Shown here: piece after piece, positions 12,663 to 25,821 of the stretch | Numbering within the stretch: position 1 is the first letter of the stretch | How the letters are laid out: every line of letters starts with the position of its first letter | NCBI GenBank assembly: GCA_951804945.1 | Contig: OX638163.1 | Coordinates: 37,758,001-37,822,000, forward strand | DNA from: Podarcis cretensis | Taxonomy: Eukaryota | Direction: 5' to 3' | DNA length: 64,000 nucleotides | Position numbers and translations under genes: made by a program | Notes under the pieces: model-generated | What the model was told of the DNA's origin: nothing | Database searches by the model: none | Seen by the model: only the letters and a program-made list of their open reading frames with translations

Positions 12663-13392
12663 GCAGAGACTGTGGGTGATAAAAACTCCACAGCTCTGTA
12701 GGGTCAGAGTGGGGGACAAAAAGAGAGAAAGTAAACTTTGGGAGTGCATAAGAATGAATTAAATAAGCTGCCCAAGCAATATATTCTGCAACCTAAGTTG
12801 CTGACAATTCCTGCAGAGATAACACCCTTGCCAGCTCTCCTGTACAACCCTGAAGCAGGCTTGAGGTTCTGAAGGAACCTACATTGCTGGATGTTGGTGG
12901 ACCTCCCTAAAAGAGAAAGGAAACTGCAACATTCTGTGTTGATGATAACACAGGGCATAATGAAGAGAAGAATGGTGGCTGCAGGAAGCCCTTTCAATGA
13001 CACCTGGAGAAGCAGCTTGTGGCTTGTGTGAATTGGATTGTAATGATCAGTTACAGTTTCTGGAGTTCAAAGGCTTTGTTCATGCAGAAGCAGGAACAAT
13101 TCACAGGAGCAAAAGGACAGAAAGAGAGAAAAAACATACATTTTGTCTGGAGAGAACAACAAACAAAATGGCTCAGCTTTTAGGGGTGGAGTAAACTTAG
13201 AGAAGCTACCAGTGAGTGCTGGCTAGATTGCTAGACAGACATTATCCCCTTGTGGCTTAAAGGAATACAAGCATTAAATAAAAGCATAAGAAAAGGAGTT
13301 GCAATTGCTTTTTTCCAACACAGGCAACTGCAAGGGGCATTTTCAGTGCAGCAGCAGAAACAGAAATAAGGTTTCAGGATGCCTCATGCTGA

Positions 13393-13394
<2 letters not shown>

Positions 13395-13422
<28 letters not shown>
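13395..13422. repeat. (CT)n microsatellite
   Basis: Direct dinucleotide run. Confidence 0.95.
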
Positions 13423-13426
<4 letters not shown>

Positions 13427-13446
13427 CATACTACTAGGAGAACTTT

Positions 13447-13794
13447 AGGGATGCAGGTGGCGCTGTGGATTAAACCACAGAGCCTAGGACTTGCCAATCA
13501 GAAGGTTCAAATCCCCGTGAAGGGGTGAGTTCCCATTGCTTGGCTCCTGCTCCTGCCAACCTAGCAGTTCGAAAGCATGTCAAAATGCAAGTAGATAAAT
13601 AGGTACCTCTCCGGCGGGAAGGTAAACGGTGTTTCCGTGCACTGCTCTGGTTCTCCAGAAGCCGGCCACATGCTGGCCACATGACCCGGAAGCTGTACAC
13701 CGGCTCCCTCGGCCAATGAAGCGAGATGAGCGCCACAACCCCAGAGTCGGTTACGACTGGACCTAATGGTCAGGGGTCCCTTTACCTTTACCTT
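13447..13794 (+). mobile_element. Sauria SINE, full length
   Basis: Head gggatgcaggtggcgctgtgg; (ACCTTT)n tail; 12-bp TSD taggagaacttt at 13435-13446 and 13795-13806. Confidence 0.95.
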
Positions 13795-15624
13795 TAGGAG
13801 AACTTTGTTACTGTGGCTTTAAAACAACCCTAGAGGTCTATAATTTGCTAGAAGCATTTTGCCATGCAGGGACAAGAAAAGTGTTCTATTGCACAAAAGG
13901 TGTGCATAAAAAGCCTCTCAGAATTCTGTATTCTACATTATCATCATCATTGTTATTGTTATTGTTATTATTTATTGAATTTATATACCACCCTATACCC
14001 AGGGGTCTCAGGATAGTTATGTGTGAGCAGAGAAACTCATGCAGGGGGAGGCAGCATACACATCAGCTGACTTGTGTCATGTGTTTCTAAATTATGCTTT
14101 GTATCTATTGTGTTTAAAACCTAAATGTTTGTAGCTTTGAAGGCTATCTGTTTGAAGGGTGGAGCTACAATCTTTTGTATTTTCTTGAGCATACCAGGCT
14201 AAAATCTGTCCCCTCCCAACTCAGCACAGTACGAATAAGGCCCACCTTGTTGTCAGTTTCGGTCTCGAATTTGACATACTTTCCACTACAACAATTACCT
14301 TTTCTGTCTCTGGCTAATAGTTTTCATTCAGAATTGCTGCAATCTGGATAAAATTAGACCGGACAAGTGATTACCTTGAACAAATGGCTGAGACATTTGT
14401 CTCAGAGAGCCTAATATTCTCCATGACAGATGCCCCAGCCAACAAATAGGAGGATGATTTGAAGGTACGGCGAGAACAGGCTAAGATCTTTTCTTATTCT
14501 TACTCTACCAGACAGCCACTCCACTAACACAAATTAGCCCTTCCCTAGAGACAATGGTTTAGCAAGACAATAGTAGGAGAAGATAATTTATTTTGAACAG
14601 GAAGATGGATCATTTGTAAATGAGAGTTCTGTGTGGGAGAATACCATCTGAGGAATATTTCACCACTTAACTACACATAAAAGTTTTGTGCAGTGGGTAT
14701 TGAAAGACTGATTCACAAACTATTTGGTTTAATTGGGATATATTTTTAGCCCATCTGATGTCAGAGGTCCTGAGCCAGTAATAAGAGGCAAAAATATAGG
14801 TTGATTGAAGGGAAAACAAAACAAATGTTAAGGTTCTCCATAGTCAACTTTGCCCCAATTAGAAAGATAACCCTACAATAAACTAAATTATAACATTTCA
14901 GGTTTTCTATGGGTTCACCAGCGTGCCCATTTTTGTCTCCTGAACAACTCTGTTGGCATTGGCAGGAGAAGTAGTAGCAGAAAGGCAAAATAGGGAAGAA
15001 AATACATGTAACACAAAATACATATTTAAATATGGAATTTATCTTGATGCACATGTTTATAAATGTATTTTACCCTATGAATTTGGGCATGTTTTTGAAA
15101 ACTTTATCACAAAAGAATTGGGAAATCTAAAAGGTAATTAAGTTTCAATCTTCACATTAGGCCAGAAGATGCAAATCAGGTCAGTTCACTGTGGGATTTA
15201 TAGTTGAACTTCTCAGGCATTAAATCTAGAACACCCAGAGCCAAGTCACCCCCCGTGGATGAGTGCCCAGCCTCTCCACAAAGACCTCCAGTGACAGAAA
15301 GCCCACACTCCTCTGAATTATTTGTTCCATTGTTAAACTGTGCATTACCTACCCTGTCTACATCTAATATATGCAGATTGGTGCATATGTCCAAATTGCA
15401 TATATTTAAATTGGCAAAGCACAGTCAATGGGAAAAAAACCCTGTGTCCTCCTGGACATCAGTAAAAATTATGATTAAAACTAAAGGGGGCTGTCAGCAC
15501 TGTGCTAGCAATTCCCCCCTTCAGTTGTCCCTCCAATGGGTTTGTGTAGTGCAGCCACATGCATTTTTTGATATGCAACAGCAGTACAACTCACCACCAT
15601 CTCCACTGTGTCCCCAGATGCCCA

Positions 15625-15626
<2 letters not shown>

Positions 15627-15697
<71 letters not shown>
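15627..15697. repeat. Compound (TG)n(AG)n microsatellite
   Basis: Direct runs. Confidence 0.95.
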
Positions 15698-15700
<3 letters not shown>

Positions 15701-16936
15701 TAGCTCCCATCTGTGGCGGCTGCCCACTAACTTTGTTTACCCAAAATGCAATGTCTCGGTCTATAGTTCTATGAAACTAGGTCGGGACATTGCATTTGGG
15801 GCTAGTTGGACCGCTGAGGGACCTTCTGAGTCCCTGAAATTCTCAGCCAGTGCATAGCTGAGCTGACTATGTTCTGTTCTCAGTGTTCTCAGTGTTCTGT
15901 TGCAGGAGGGACTAGATAATTGGAGCAGTGGAACATTTGGTTCCATTTGAATATAAAACCACATAATTTGGAGAAAGAGAAATCCTAATCCAGTCAAAAA
16001 ATTCAGATGTGGAGACTTAGAAATATTCTTACAAAATTCATTGGAAATGGGGGGGGGGCGGTAACACTTTCCTAATCATGAATACACATTCTTGCACAAT
16101 GAATTATGGAAGGATTTAACTTCAACTGGACCAACCTTGTCACTGATGCTGTGCTGCTGAGCAACTTACTGAATGTCCTCAAATCTCTCCAGAACAAGGA
16201 GCAGCTTCAAATAAATGTGTTTCTCTCAGCAAGGAACCAAATGGGAGTCAGAGGTGAGAAAAGTGACTGGCAGTTTGAATTAGCTTTTTGGTCTTCCGGT
16301 TTTCCCAGTTCACAGAATCGTACTGCTATTAAGGGGGCTCAAAAGGGCCACTTGGGTTTAAGCTACACACCAAGTGCAGGTTAATCACACCAATTTCAGC
16401 ACTGACAAACCATCACCTATTCTCCCTTAGCCAACCTTGTTGTATGTGATTAAACCTCCACCTAAAATAAAATACCCAACCAACAGCAGCATCAGTGGAG
16501 AGAACCCATGTGAGTTTCATAACTGTATGTGTGGCAAAGATTTGTTTATAGCATTTAATGAACCAATTCGATTTGCATGTGCTCCAAAATGAATGCATCC
16601 CAACCAATAGGCAGTGCTGGCTGATGCCCATTTGGGGTGGAAAGCAGGAGTACAACAGTAGGTGGTACCAGAACCAATGGCAGGCAGATATAACTAATTC
16701 TAATTTTGCCCCTCATCTTCCCTGCTGGGTTCCACATGGGGCGACACTGAGACTAAGGAGGAAGAACCTGCAAAACATGTCACCCCTTGGACTGGAAGTA
16801 AGAAAGCAGGCAGGCAGGCAGGTGGGGGCTGGCTGAGATTGGTGGGACAGTACCACATTCTCTCAAAGAGACCAGACTCCAATGTTGATGAGTGCAAATG
16901 AGTATTTGTTCTACTACTATCATGGCATTTGTAGTA

Positions 16937-17180
16937 CAGTCATACCTCGTGTTACGTTTGCTTCATGTTGTGGCTTTTCAGGTTACAAACACAGCAAACC
17001 TGGAAGTGTTTACTTCCGGGTTCGCCGCATGCACGCAGAAGCAATCTGCGCACTTCATGCATGTGCAGAAGCACTCTTTCACGCTTCATGCACATGCAGT
17101 AGCGGCACTCTACTTACAAACTTTTTGGGGTGTGAACGGCACCCTGAAACGTATCACATTCATAAGTAGAGGTACCACTG
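16937..17180. mobile_element. Tc1/mariner (pogo/Tigger-like) MITE
   Basis: TA|cagtcatacctc ... gaggtaccactg|CA (decayed TA TSD). Internal imperfect tandem gcatg..cagaagc repeats. Confidence 0.8.
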
Positions 17181-18044
17181 CACTCATTCTGGTTGCTCTC
17201 TTGCTTCAGAGTGGCCCAGACATATTTTGATGCCCACTGTTTTGAGGGAGGTGGATCCTAAAAGGTTAATACATGGTGCAGTAGCAACTCTCAGGTCCCA
17301 GGTATAGAGACATAGGAACCAGTATTTGTATGTGATGGAACAGAGGAGAGGCGATATAAACTGTATTTTTCTGCAAATTAAAATACCAAGAATGGAAAGT
17401 TATAAATGGAAAGAAACGATGAATGCAGAATAAGAGCTTTAGAAGATGTTGGAGAGAAATGTTTTGTTTTGTTTTTTGCCTTATGAATTCTGATCCTTCC
17501 CAAAGCCAGTGGTTAACAGGGAGAATGGGATATTGAGGAATGTTGAACATGTGTGTGCCTCAACCCCCACAAAGCATAAGGGAGATCTAAGCCGCATATA
17601 CAACTGGTATGTAGAGTTAGGTCATCTCATATGCCAGGAATATATAACCTTAATGAATTTGGATGTGCATGCTTTGGTTTGTGTTACGTTGTGACCCCTG
17701 CAAAACAGCTGCCAGGCAGATTTTATGCATAAGGAGAAGGAAGGTAAACAATGGAATTTATTTCATATGCCAACAAAAATTTTAAAAATATAGGTTTCTC
17801 TTTGTCACACACTAATGTGACTATGAGACAGGACCTTTGATATCAGACCTGGTTCTCAGCACTTTCTACAGAACCTGACCATCTGCACTGTGGCCTCAAG
17901 GATTATTCCCTGATGTGGGCAGATGAAAGGAGCAAAGCAGAATTCTGTCCCCCCACAGTAGCAGGGCAGGAAAATAGATTGAAAGCACAACAACTGCAGA
18001 GCACTCTGAGGGACCAGTATAGTGAAAGGAGATTCCTTTGACCA

Positions 18045-18170
18045 CGGGTAGTTAATGTGGTGGCCCTCCAGATGTTGCCGGACTTCAACTTCCAGTGTCA
18101 CTGACCACTGGACATGAAGGCTGGGGCTGATGGGAATAATGTCTGGATGGCACCACATTGGCCATCCTTG
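18045..18170. mobile_element. Short palindromic hAT-like MITE family copy
   Basis: ccctccagatgttgccggacttcaacttcc...gctgatggga. Related copies near 4330-4420, 25450-25540, 44060-44170, 45245-45335, 53610-53745 and 55045-55145. Confidence 0.6.
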
Positions 18171-18301
18171 CCCAAAGTTGCCACTCAGGGCTGTGGAGCC
18201 TAGGAGTGAGGAGGGCAGCCCCAGGGCAGCCCAGGTATTAGACTTGGTGAGGCAGGCACTTCCGATGGAAGAACAGCTGGGGGAGCCACAAATCCAGGCC
18301 C

Positions 18302-18748
18302 TGTAAGGAGCTCGTCCTACACTTGAGTAGGACCCTGGCAGAGACATATGCCCAACTGGCATGTTCTCTCCCTCCTGGTCGATCGTTCAGGAGCTTCATT
18401 AGCTTTCTTCTGCCCGAACATCACAGCGACTGATGTCAACAGACATCAGCACACTTAGAGATCCACAGAGTCTTCACAGTTCACGCAACAGACCTCAGCA
18501 ACTCAGCATATTGGCTAATCTACTTTATTTACATATAAACACACACGGAGCACTGCAACATGGCTCCCTCTCTCTCTAGCATCAGACAGCAAAGAGAAAA
18601 AGAATAAAGGACAATAGTCCCACTTCGTGGAACACAGTAACACAAACATCCTGTCTCCGTCACTTCCCACTCTGTAGAGTCAAAACATACACTGTCATGT
18701 GATAGACGAAAATCCCATGACTGCAATCACAGAGCAGGAATTCTAACA
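18302..18748 (-). mobile_element. Solo LTR (~447 bp)
   Basis: TG...CA termini with short inverted ends (tgtaagga / ttctaaca). AATAAA on the minus strand at 18524-18529. CpG-richer than the flanks. Flanks ggccc / ggttc are only a partial 5-bp TSD. Confidence 0.7.
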
Positions 18749-19875
18749 GGTTCCACGAGGAACATACCACTTCCAACCTGGGAACAGTAGAGCCACTACT
18801 GCCACAGCTTGCTATTCACTGGCCTCCTTTTTTTCCCCCCACTGCCTTCAGCGTATACTGAAGTTTCCCCAGGCTGTTTCTAGTGACCTCAGGCAGTTGG
18901 TGTAGGTGGGGTATTATTAATATATTGTCCACCCACTCAGAATATTGGGAATTTGGCAAGGATCGTGTGTCAAGAGAATTTCCATCCCCATAGGTGTGGC
19001 CAGCTGTGGCAGAAGCAGGTGAAAAACTGCTTCCAACTAAGGGAAGATTCATCTATAGCCATACTAGATCAGGCTGGAACTACTGTTAATGAGACTGAGG
19101 TGGCTGTCTCAGGCAGGTGGTTTGGGGTATGTCAATAGGGCAGCCAGTTGTTAGTTACTTTTACTGCCAGGGAGGAAGAGGAGTGCTTTGGGGATTTTCT
19201 GCCTTGTGCCAAAATAAATTGATTGGCTTTCGATACTCTGCACCATGGCTCTGAGTGAGGGAGGGTCATCAAATTCTGTTCCTCCCTAGCATCAAAATAC
19301 ATTGCAGCAGAGGTCGCAAGGTCACTCCTGTCTGCATTTCTGCATAGCCAACATACTGTCCTGCAGATCTCCTGCATTAATGTTAAAAGATGTGGCCTTA
19401 GATTGCTGAAGACATGTGTCTTGCCTCTTTAATTCCAGGTGTGGGTGCAAACGGCAGGTTTGATTTACACCATTCAGAAACTGCATAATGAAAAGAAAAG
19501 AGAAATGTACAGCAGCATCAACTTCTCCCCCACCCTGCCAACTTTTCTACTTTGCATATTACAAGCAAAATGTGTGCTTATTCAGGTACTAAAATTCATG
19601 CTGTATCCAGGGGGAAGAGTGATTTATAACCTTGCTAAGATCAGACAGGAAACAGAACTGCTTGACACTGAACATATTTTAATTTTTCAGAGACTTGCAC
19701 TGAACTAACATCAAAACATTATGGGATTTTTTTTTTTTGGGGGGGGGGGAGTGAAGGAAACAGTAGATTCCAGACATAATAAAAATGGTGACTGTGGGGA
19801 GAAGCAATATGTTTGCTTCTCTTTTTCATGGAGAGAGAAAGAGAGGACAGACTGCTTCAAATACTGTTTTTCCTT

Positions 19876-20097
19876 AGAACCCAAGAAGACCCTTGGTGGA
19901 TCAGGCCAGTGGCTTATCTAGTCCAGAATCCTGTTCCCACAGGGGTCAACTAGATGCCCATGGGACGCCCGTAAAGCAAGACCCAAGTGCAAGAGCAATC
20001 TCCACTGCTATGTTCTCCAACATCTAGTATTCCAAATCATACTGCATGCCACCGTGGAGGTAGAAAATAGCTATCAGCACTGGTGGCCATCACTATA
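19876..20097 (-). mobile_element. CR1-type LINE 3' UTR fragment
   Basis: ggatcaggccagtggcttatctagtccagaatcctgttcccacag is the reverse complement of the 3' ends at 25000-25180 and 57535-57738. Confidence 0.7.
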
Positions 20098-20549
20098 TTA
20101 TCCTTACTATTCTCAAGAAACATGCAAGTTTACCCTTGCCCTATTCCTGCCTTCCAGAATCTATATGGTGGTGGGGAAATGACATACTGAAAGGAGAGAG
20201 ACTGGGAGAATCCAGGTAGAAGATGGACTACCATCCATGTACTGATAAACTCTGTACTGGATTACATTACCATTTTGTGTGCATTTGATTGGCACGTGAC
20301 CACCATCGAGTACACAATTTTTGGTCATGGAATGGGATGGAACAGTGGTGGAGCAGGGGCAGAATGAGGCGAGGTGGGCTTATGCATGCACCACTGACAC
20401 GCATGGTGCCGTGCATGATGATGCAACCCTCTCACAGACAGGGCCTATAGAATCTACCATACCTATATATGTATTCCTAGCTGGATAAGGAAATACATAT
20501 ACAAACATATTTTATGTGTGGTTCATTCCATGATCAAGCTGCTTGAAAA

Positions 20550-20715
20550 GGTCCTAGCTCAATGGTAGAGCATCTGCCTTTCATGGAATCCTCATCATCT
20601 CCAGGTAGGACAGAGAAAGACCCCTTCTTCAAAGCCTGAAGAGTCACTGGCAGTCAGTGTAGATAATACCAAACTAGCTAGACTAATAATCTGACTCAGT
20701 ATAAGGCAACTTCCA
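20550..20715 (+). mobile_element. tRNA(Ala)-like SINE with CR1-like tail
   Basis: Head tagctcaatggtagagcatctgc; tail gcagtcagtgtagataatac...ctgactcagtataaggcaacttcc. Confidence 0.7.
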
Positions 20716-22359
20716 TTGCACAGCCTCTGTGTAGAAAATCAACTGTATGGAAAGGTAAGTGGAGACTGAAATTAAGTTACCCATGTCCTCCTTTCCTTAC
20801 CAAACAACCGATCAGCATGATTGCTGTTCATTTGACATGCACATGTGCAGTTCAATCACCCAACATGTACGAAGTTCTGTTTCAGTTATTTGATTCTGTT
20901 CTCATCTCTCCTAAAGGTTTAAGTTACACCTCCCTTTCTGTAGTCAGAAACTCATAAGTTCTCAGTCTGTCCCTGGTGTCTAAGGATGGATAATTGATTC
21001 CCCTATTGGTTTTGTCATCTTTTTCAGATATTAGAAACTTGCCAACATATTTCCCCTTAATCATTTCCCCCGCAGTGAAATATTGCAGGGCCAACTTTCA
21101 GCACCCTTTTGTGGGTGAGATTGAACTCCTAGCTGTTTAATTCTTAACTGCTTCTCCTCTTGAGATTTTGCATTCATCTTCATAAGTACAATATTGAGAG
21201 GAAAGCATTGTTTTAACTAAACATGAAACAAAACAGTATTCTGATTCTTATAACCACTCATTACATTTTCTCATTGATTTATTATTATCGTTATTATTGT
21301 TATTGTTATTGTTGAGACATGTGGGCTTGAGAAAGCCAGATCTTCCCTTTTCAGTTTTACTCTTATTTGCCATCTCAGGGGCAAGAGTGCTGAATTTGGA
21401 CGTATCTTTTCTTTTAAATCTTTCAGCTATCAATTTTTACATGGGTGGAGCATATGACAGAGTTGCTGCCAATCAGTACAGACAACACTGATCTGTGTTG
21501 ATCAATAAGGCAGCTTCGAATAAGGCAGTTTCCTATGTGAGTTTTGATTTCTTGTATTTCTTGCTTTTGATTTTATGCCTTTATGCTTTATTTTGTACTT
21601 CCATTGTTTTTTGTGCTTATTTATTGTAAGTCACACAGAGAACTTTGTCATAGGGTGGCATGTGAGGTTTAGGAAGTTGCCAAAATAGGCAAACTACCCT
21701 CAGCTTGGAAAAGATTTCTCCCCCCCCCCCCCAACTATATAAGACTGTGTCTAACTACAGAATCTCACAGAGGCTGGATAAGAAGAAAATAATCCTTACC
21801 ATGGCATGGATAAAATAAAGCACCAAAATAAAGGTAAAAATACACACAGCCCAGTGTTTTATTTACAGAAATATATAACGATGTGGAATCAATTATTTAA
21901 GAAACGATTTCACACACAGGGGTGGGGGAATACTCACACAGCTTCTTGCAACATGGGTGTGCAGTGAGAAGAATAATGTGGTGGAATGAATTATTTACTA
22001 AGTATTATATGACCAGTTCAAAAAAGGAGTCCAACTAGCAAAGTACAGTGGCAACTTTATGCTTCTGTTCAGGTTGCTGTTCTATTTCTAACACTTACTT
22101 TCAGGAGGATAGCACAAAAGGATCAATTGCCATTAGAAAGGTGTATTTTGCAATGTTTCGTACTCAATTCTCCCAAGATGTTTGTGGCGATGACTCTTAG
22201 GAAGAGCCCTATTGGGTCCGACTATGGATCCATTGAGTCCAGTGATTCTGTTCTTCAAAGTGGCCAACAACTTATCTCTGGGAAGCTTGAAGGCAACCAA
22301 GGCATGTTCCATGGTTTGAGGATTCTCTTGGCATACTGGCCTGCCTTTGACTACCACAT

Positions 22360-22728
22360 GGGGCACGGGTGGCACTGTATCTAAACCACTGGGCTTGCTG
22401 ATCAGAATGTTGGTGGTTCGAATCCATGTGATGGGTTGAGCTCCCATTGCTCTGTCCCAGCTCCTGCCAAGCTAGCAGTTCAAAAGCACCTTAGTAGAAG
22501 TGGATAAATAGGTACCTCTGTGGTGGGAAGGTTAATGGCATTTCTGTGCACTCTGGCTTCCATCACGGTGTTCTGTTGTACCAGAAGTGGTTTAGTCATG
22601 CTGGCCACATTTGTCTGTGGACAAATGCCAGCTCCCTCGGCCTGAAAAGCAAGATGAATGCCACACTCCATAGTTGCCTTTGACTGGACTTAACCGTCCA
22701 GAGGTCCTTTACCTTACCTTTTACCTTT
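22360..22728 (+). mobile_element. Sauria SINE, older copy
   Basis: B box ggttcgaatcc, Sauria body and ACCTT(T) tail. Confidence 0.9.
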
Positions 22729-23954
22729 ACTACAGTAATTTCCCACAATGACTGAATTATGCTGGTATGTTGGGGACATTGTGCAAAATTGAAATGGCCA
22801 TTTACAGCAGCTGCCACTAGGTAGATCCTCAGCTGACAGAAACCCAGATTGTCAGAATAATAAAGTAATTCAATTCCTCACCCAACAAAATTATGAGATT
22901 TTAAAGAAAGGCTTAATTGCCCTGCAAATGAGGGAGAAAAGCCTGAGAAACTTGTTTGTGGAGGGGGGGGATCTATGAGAAATTAGGGGACAGGCTTCAG
23001 CACAGCAGTGCTACAGGCAGATGGCAGCTTCTTTTTGATAAGGTCATTTCTCTCCAGAAAACTTATTACAAGCGTTGAGCAATGAACAGAGATATTCAAA
23101 CATCCCGAGCGATACAGCTCAACTTCCGAATTATAGCTGCGTCTGAAAGGCAATGACTCCACTAGATGTTTGCAAGTTATGGCTCTTAGTTAAAATGGTG
23201 GTAGAGGAGCCCAAGAAAATGACCCATCTTAATCACCATCAGGTAATTGGATGAACTACTGCCAAGGATCAGGGGGCTATAAAGCAGTCACCATTACTCT
23301 CATGCTTCCAAGACAAAGATAAGATTTTATCCATGACACATAATCAAAAGGGTATTACTTTTTAAAGATAAATACATCATGGTATGATGAGATCTACATC
23401 TAATGAACTGAGATGAAAACCTGACCCTTGACATCATGAGATGTTACTATTAGAAAAGAAGACATTGATTTTCTTCTTTTACTACATTTTCTGAAAATAA
23501 TTGCCTTATGTATACCTTCAGCTGTTTATTCTTTGAAGTTTCAGATACTAAAGTTATCATCCCCACCCTGCAATGTTTAGAAGGAACAGCAAAGTAGAAA
23601 AATGCTAGGCTTTGGCCTTTAATGAATTTCATAATAAATGCAAGGGGTCCATATTCTGTGGAAGATGGCATAGTGTGCTGGTTTTGTACATGAGGTCCCT
23701 GGTTTAAATCTAATCTCAAAACAGAACTCATTCAGTAGCCTTAGGGTACATTACTATGGGCATCTCAAGGGTCATAGAAAAGACTGAATCTGTGCATCTG
23801 ACACTAGGGACAGAACTTCAATGTCAGAGCATGTTGGAGAGCAGGGAATTTCAGTGTCCTAACCTCCCTTTCACTGCTTGCTCCTCTAACACTCTGGCCC
23901 AAGTCACGCTGGACTTCAGATGCCAGTAGGGACAAAATCGGGTATCTGGAGAAG

Positions 23955-24147
23955 GAATGAGAGGGAAATTCAATTCATATTTACAGGCAAACTTTCTAAA
24001 TTTACATATTCTAAAACAATACATAAACTGAAACAAAGTCATCCTTCAAAATTCACCCTTTTCCAAATTGTGCAATGCAGTCCTCCAGCCAAGTAATATG
24101 TACAAACATGCATATACCAGGGGAAAGTGTATAAATGTATATATTAG
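23955..24147 (+). mobile_element. Copy of abundant AT-rich repeat family (5' part)
   Basis: aaattcaattcatatttacaggcaaact...gcaatgcagtcctccagccaagtaat, shared with 51351-51490. Confidence 0.6.
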
Positions 24148-24150
24148 AAA

Positions 24151-24193
<43 letters not shown>

Positions 24194-24194
24194 A
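24148..24194. repeat. (AAAT)n microsatellite
   Basis: Direct tetranucleotide run. Confidence 0.95.
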
Positions 24195-24427
24195 TTTATA
24201 TTGGGGTAAATTGCTTTCTAAAAATGAATCCTGGCTCTTCCTAGGGCTGAAGTTTGGGCAAGCTGTGAAGGATGGTCTCTGTTGGGGGTGATCTCTATGG
24301 GGAGAGGGATATGGTTTGGGAGAGCTGAAAGGGGATGCAGTTTGGACAAGCTGTAAGGGGGCTTGGCCTGGGCAATGGAGTTCACAAAGTGTAAAGTGAG
24401 GAGGGTTTGGCAAGGTATAAAGAAATG

Positions 24428-24685
24428 TGTTATGTACTGAAGTTCTCACCCTTGGCCAGCAGCGGGATACTGTAGATAGTTCAGGTCCACATATGCAAAT
24501 AAGGGATCGAAAGTGACGTTCAGTGATTGGATAGTTACAGAAAATGGTTACTGTTGCGTTCTAGTGGAGCTCTATATAAGCAGGCTGGCTGAACCCTTCA
24601 GTTCAGTTCTGTTCTGGCCTGTGAATAAACAAGAGCTGTTTGAAGAATCGCTGTGTCGTCTGATATGTTCACCCACAACTTAACA
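24428..24685 (+). mobile_element. Solo LTR, 258 bp, young
   Basis: TGTTA...TAACA inverted termini; perfect 5-bp TSD aaatg (24423-24427, 24686-24690); TATATAA at 24573-24579 and AATAAA at 24624-24629, in U3-R-U5 order. Confidence 0.92.
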
Positions 24686-24832
24686 AAATGGGTTTGATGG
24701 AGAGTTGTAGGGCTGGAAAGACAGGGTAAGCAAGACTGGCAAGCAAAACAAGCAGGGATACAGCTCCTAGTGCACATCACACAAACAAAAGTAGTGTTTC
24801 TCTCTCCCTCTTTCATGATGTTAGATTCCATT

Positions 24833-25180
24833 TAAAGTGAATGCTAGGATATTTGGGTAAAAGGCAGTCCTTCCTCACACAGAACATGGTTAAACTATGG
24901 AATTTGCTTCTGTAAGGCATCCTTGTTAAACAAATTTATGGAAGATAAGGCTGTCAGTGATTCCTAGTAATCATGGCTAAATGCTACCTCCATTGAAAAG
25001 GGCAACATGTCTTTGAATATCTATTTCTGAGCAGCGGCAGGAGGTTGGGAAAGAGCATTTTTTTCTTCATGTCCTGCTTGTGGGCTCCCCATAGGTATCT
25101 GATTGGCTACTGCAGAAAACAGGATGCTAAACTGGAATGACTTTTGGTCTAATTCAGGTGGGATTTGCTTATGTTCTTAA
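24833..25180 (+). mobile_element. CR1-type LINE 3' end (ORF2 end plus 3' UTR), old
   Basis: cttcctcacacagaacatggttaaactatggaatttg (FTQ..VKLWN), followed by a 3' UTR ending cttatgttctta. Confidence 0.7.
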
Positions 25181-25550
25181 GACTGCCTAACTAGATCTTG
25201 CCCATTGCACCATTTTTTCAATCTCAGTACCCCCACATCATCATTGTCATTATCACAATCATTGCTATATGACACAGAAGAGACAAAAAGGGCAATTTTA
25301 TTAAGCTTGCTGAGTAAACAATTAAAGCTTTCCAGTGTTTTTGATCCGGTTTAGTGTGTGCACGCGTCTGTACTACAACACACTACAGACCACTATATAT
25401 TAATCCCAGATTAGAGCTGTGCTACTCAAATCAGGAGAACTGTGTAGCTCAGGGTTGTAGAACCTGTTATTTGGCTACTATTCCTGGCATCTCTAACCAC
25501 TAACCAACAACATTTGGAGAAACACAGGTACCCCATGCCTTATCTGTATA

Positions 25551-25749
25551 CAGTCATACCTCCCAGAAGAGAGTGTTCTGGTTTGCGAACGCTCTTTGAA
25601 AGCTGAATGTCCTACAGGGCTTCCATGGCTTCTGATTGAGTGCAGGAAGCTCCTGCAGCCAACTGGAAGCTGTGTCTTGGTTGTCGAACGTTTTCAGAAG
25701 TCGAACAGACTTCTGGAACAAATGTCATTCAACAACCAAGGTATGACTA
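25551..25749. mobile_element. Tc1/mariner (pogo/Tigger-like) MITE
   Basis: TA|cagtcatacct ... aggtatgacta|TA. Confidence 0.75.
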
Positions 25750-25821
25750 TAGTGCAACTCTGCCTGAATTGTACCACTGCCTATATTGTACCACAGGTTG
25801 GAAGCCTTCCTCAATCATTTA

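Noticed and set aside
12790-12925. Strong minus-strand acceptor gtttcctttctcttttag
   Set aside because: No convincing donor follows and no recognisable peptide.
17856-18362. 168-aa minus-strand ORF
   Set aside because: Crosses a MITE and an LTR boundary, has no recognisable domain, and is best explained as a chance ORF.
20550-20610. tRNA-like sequences here and at 2300, 6653, 28118 and 32030
   Set aside because: Degenerate cloverleafs, mostly continuing into SINE bodies; not functional tRNA genes.
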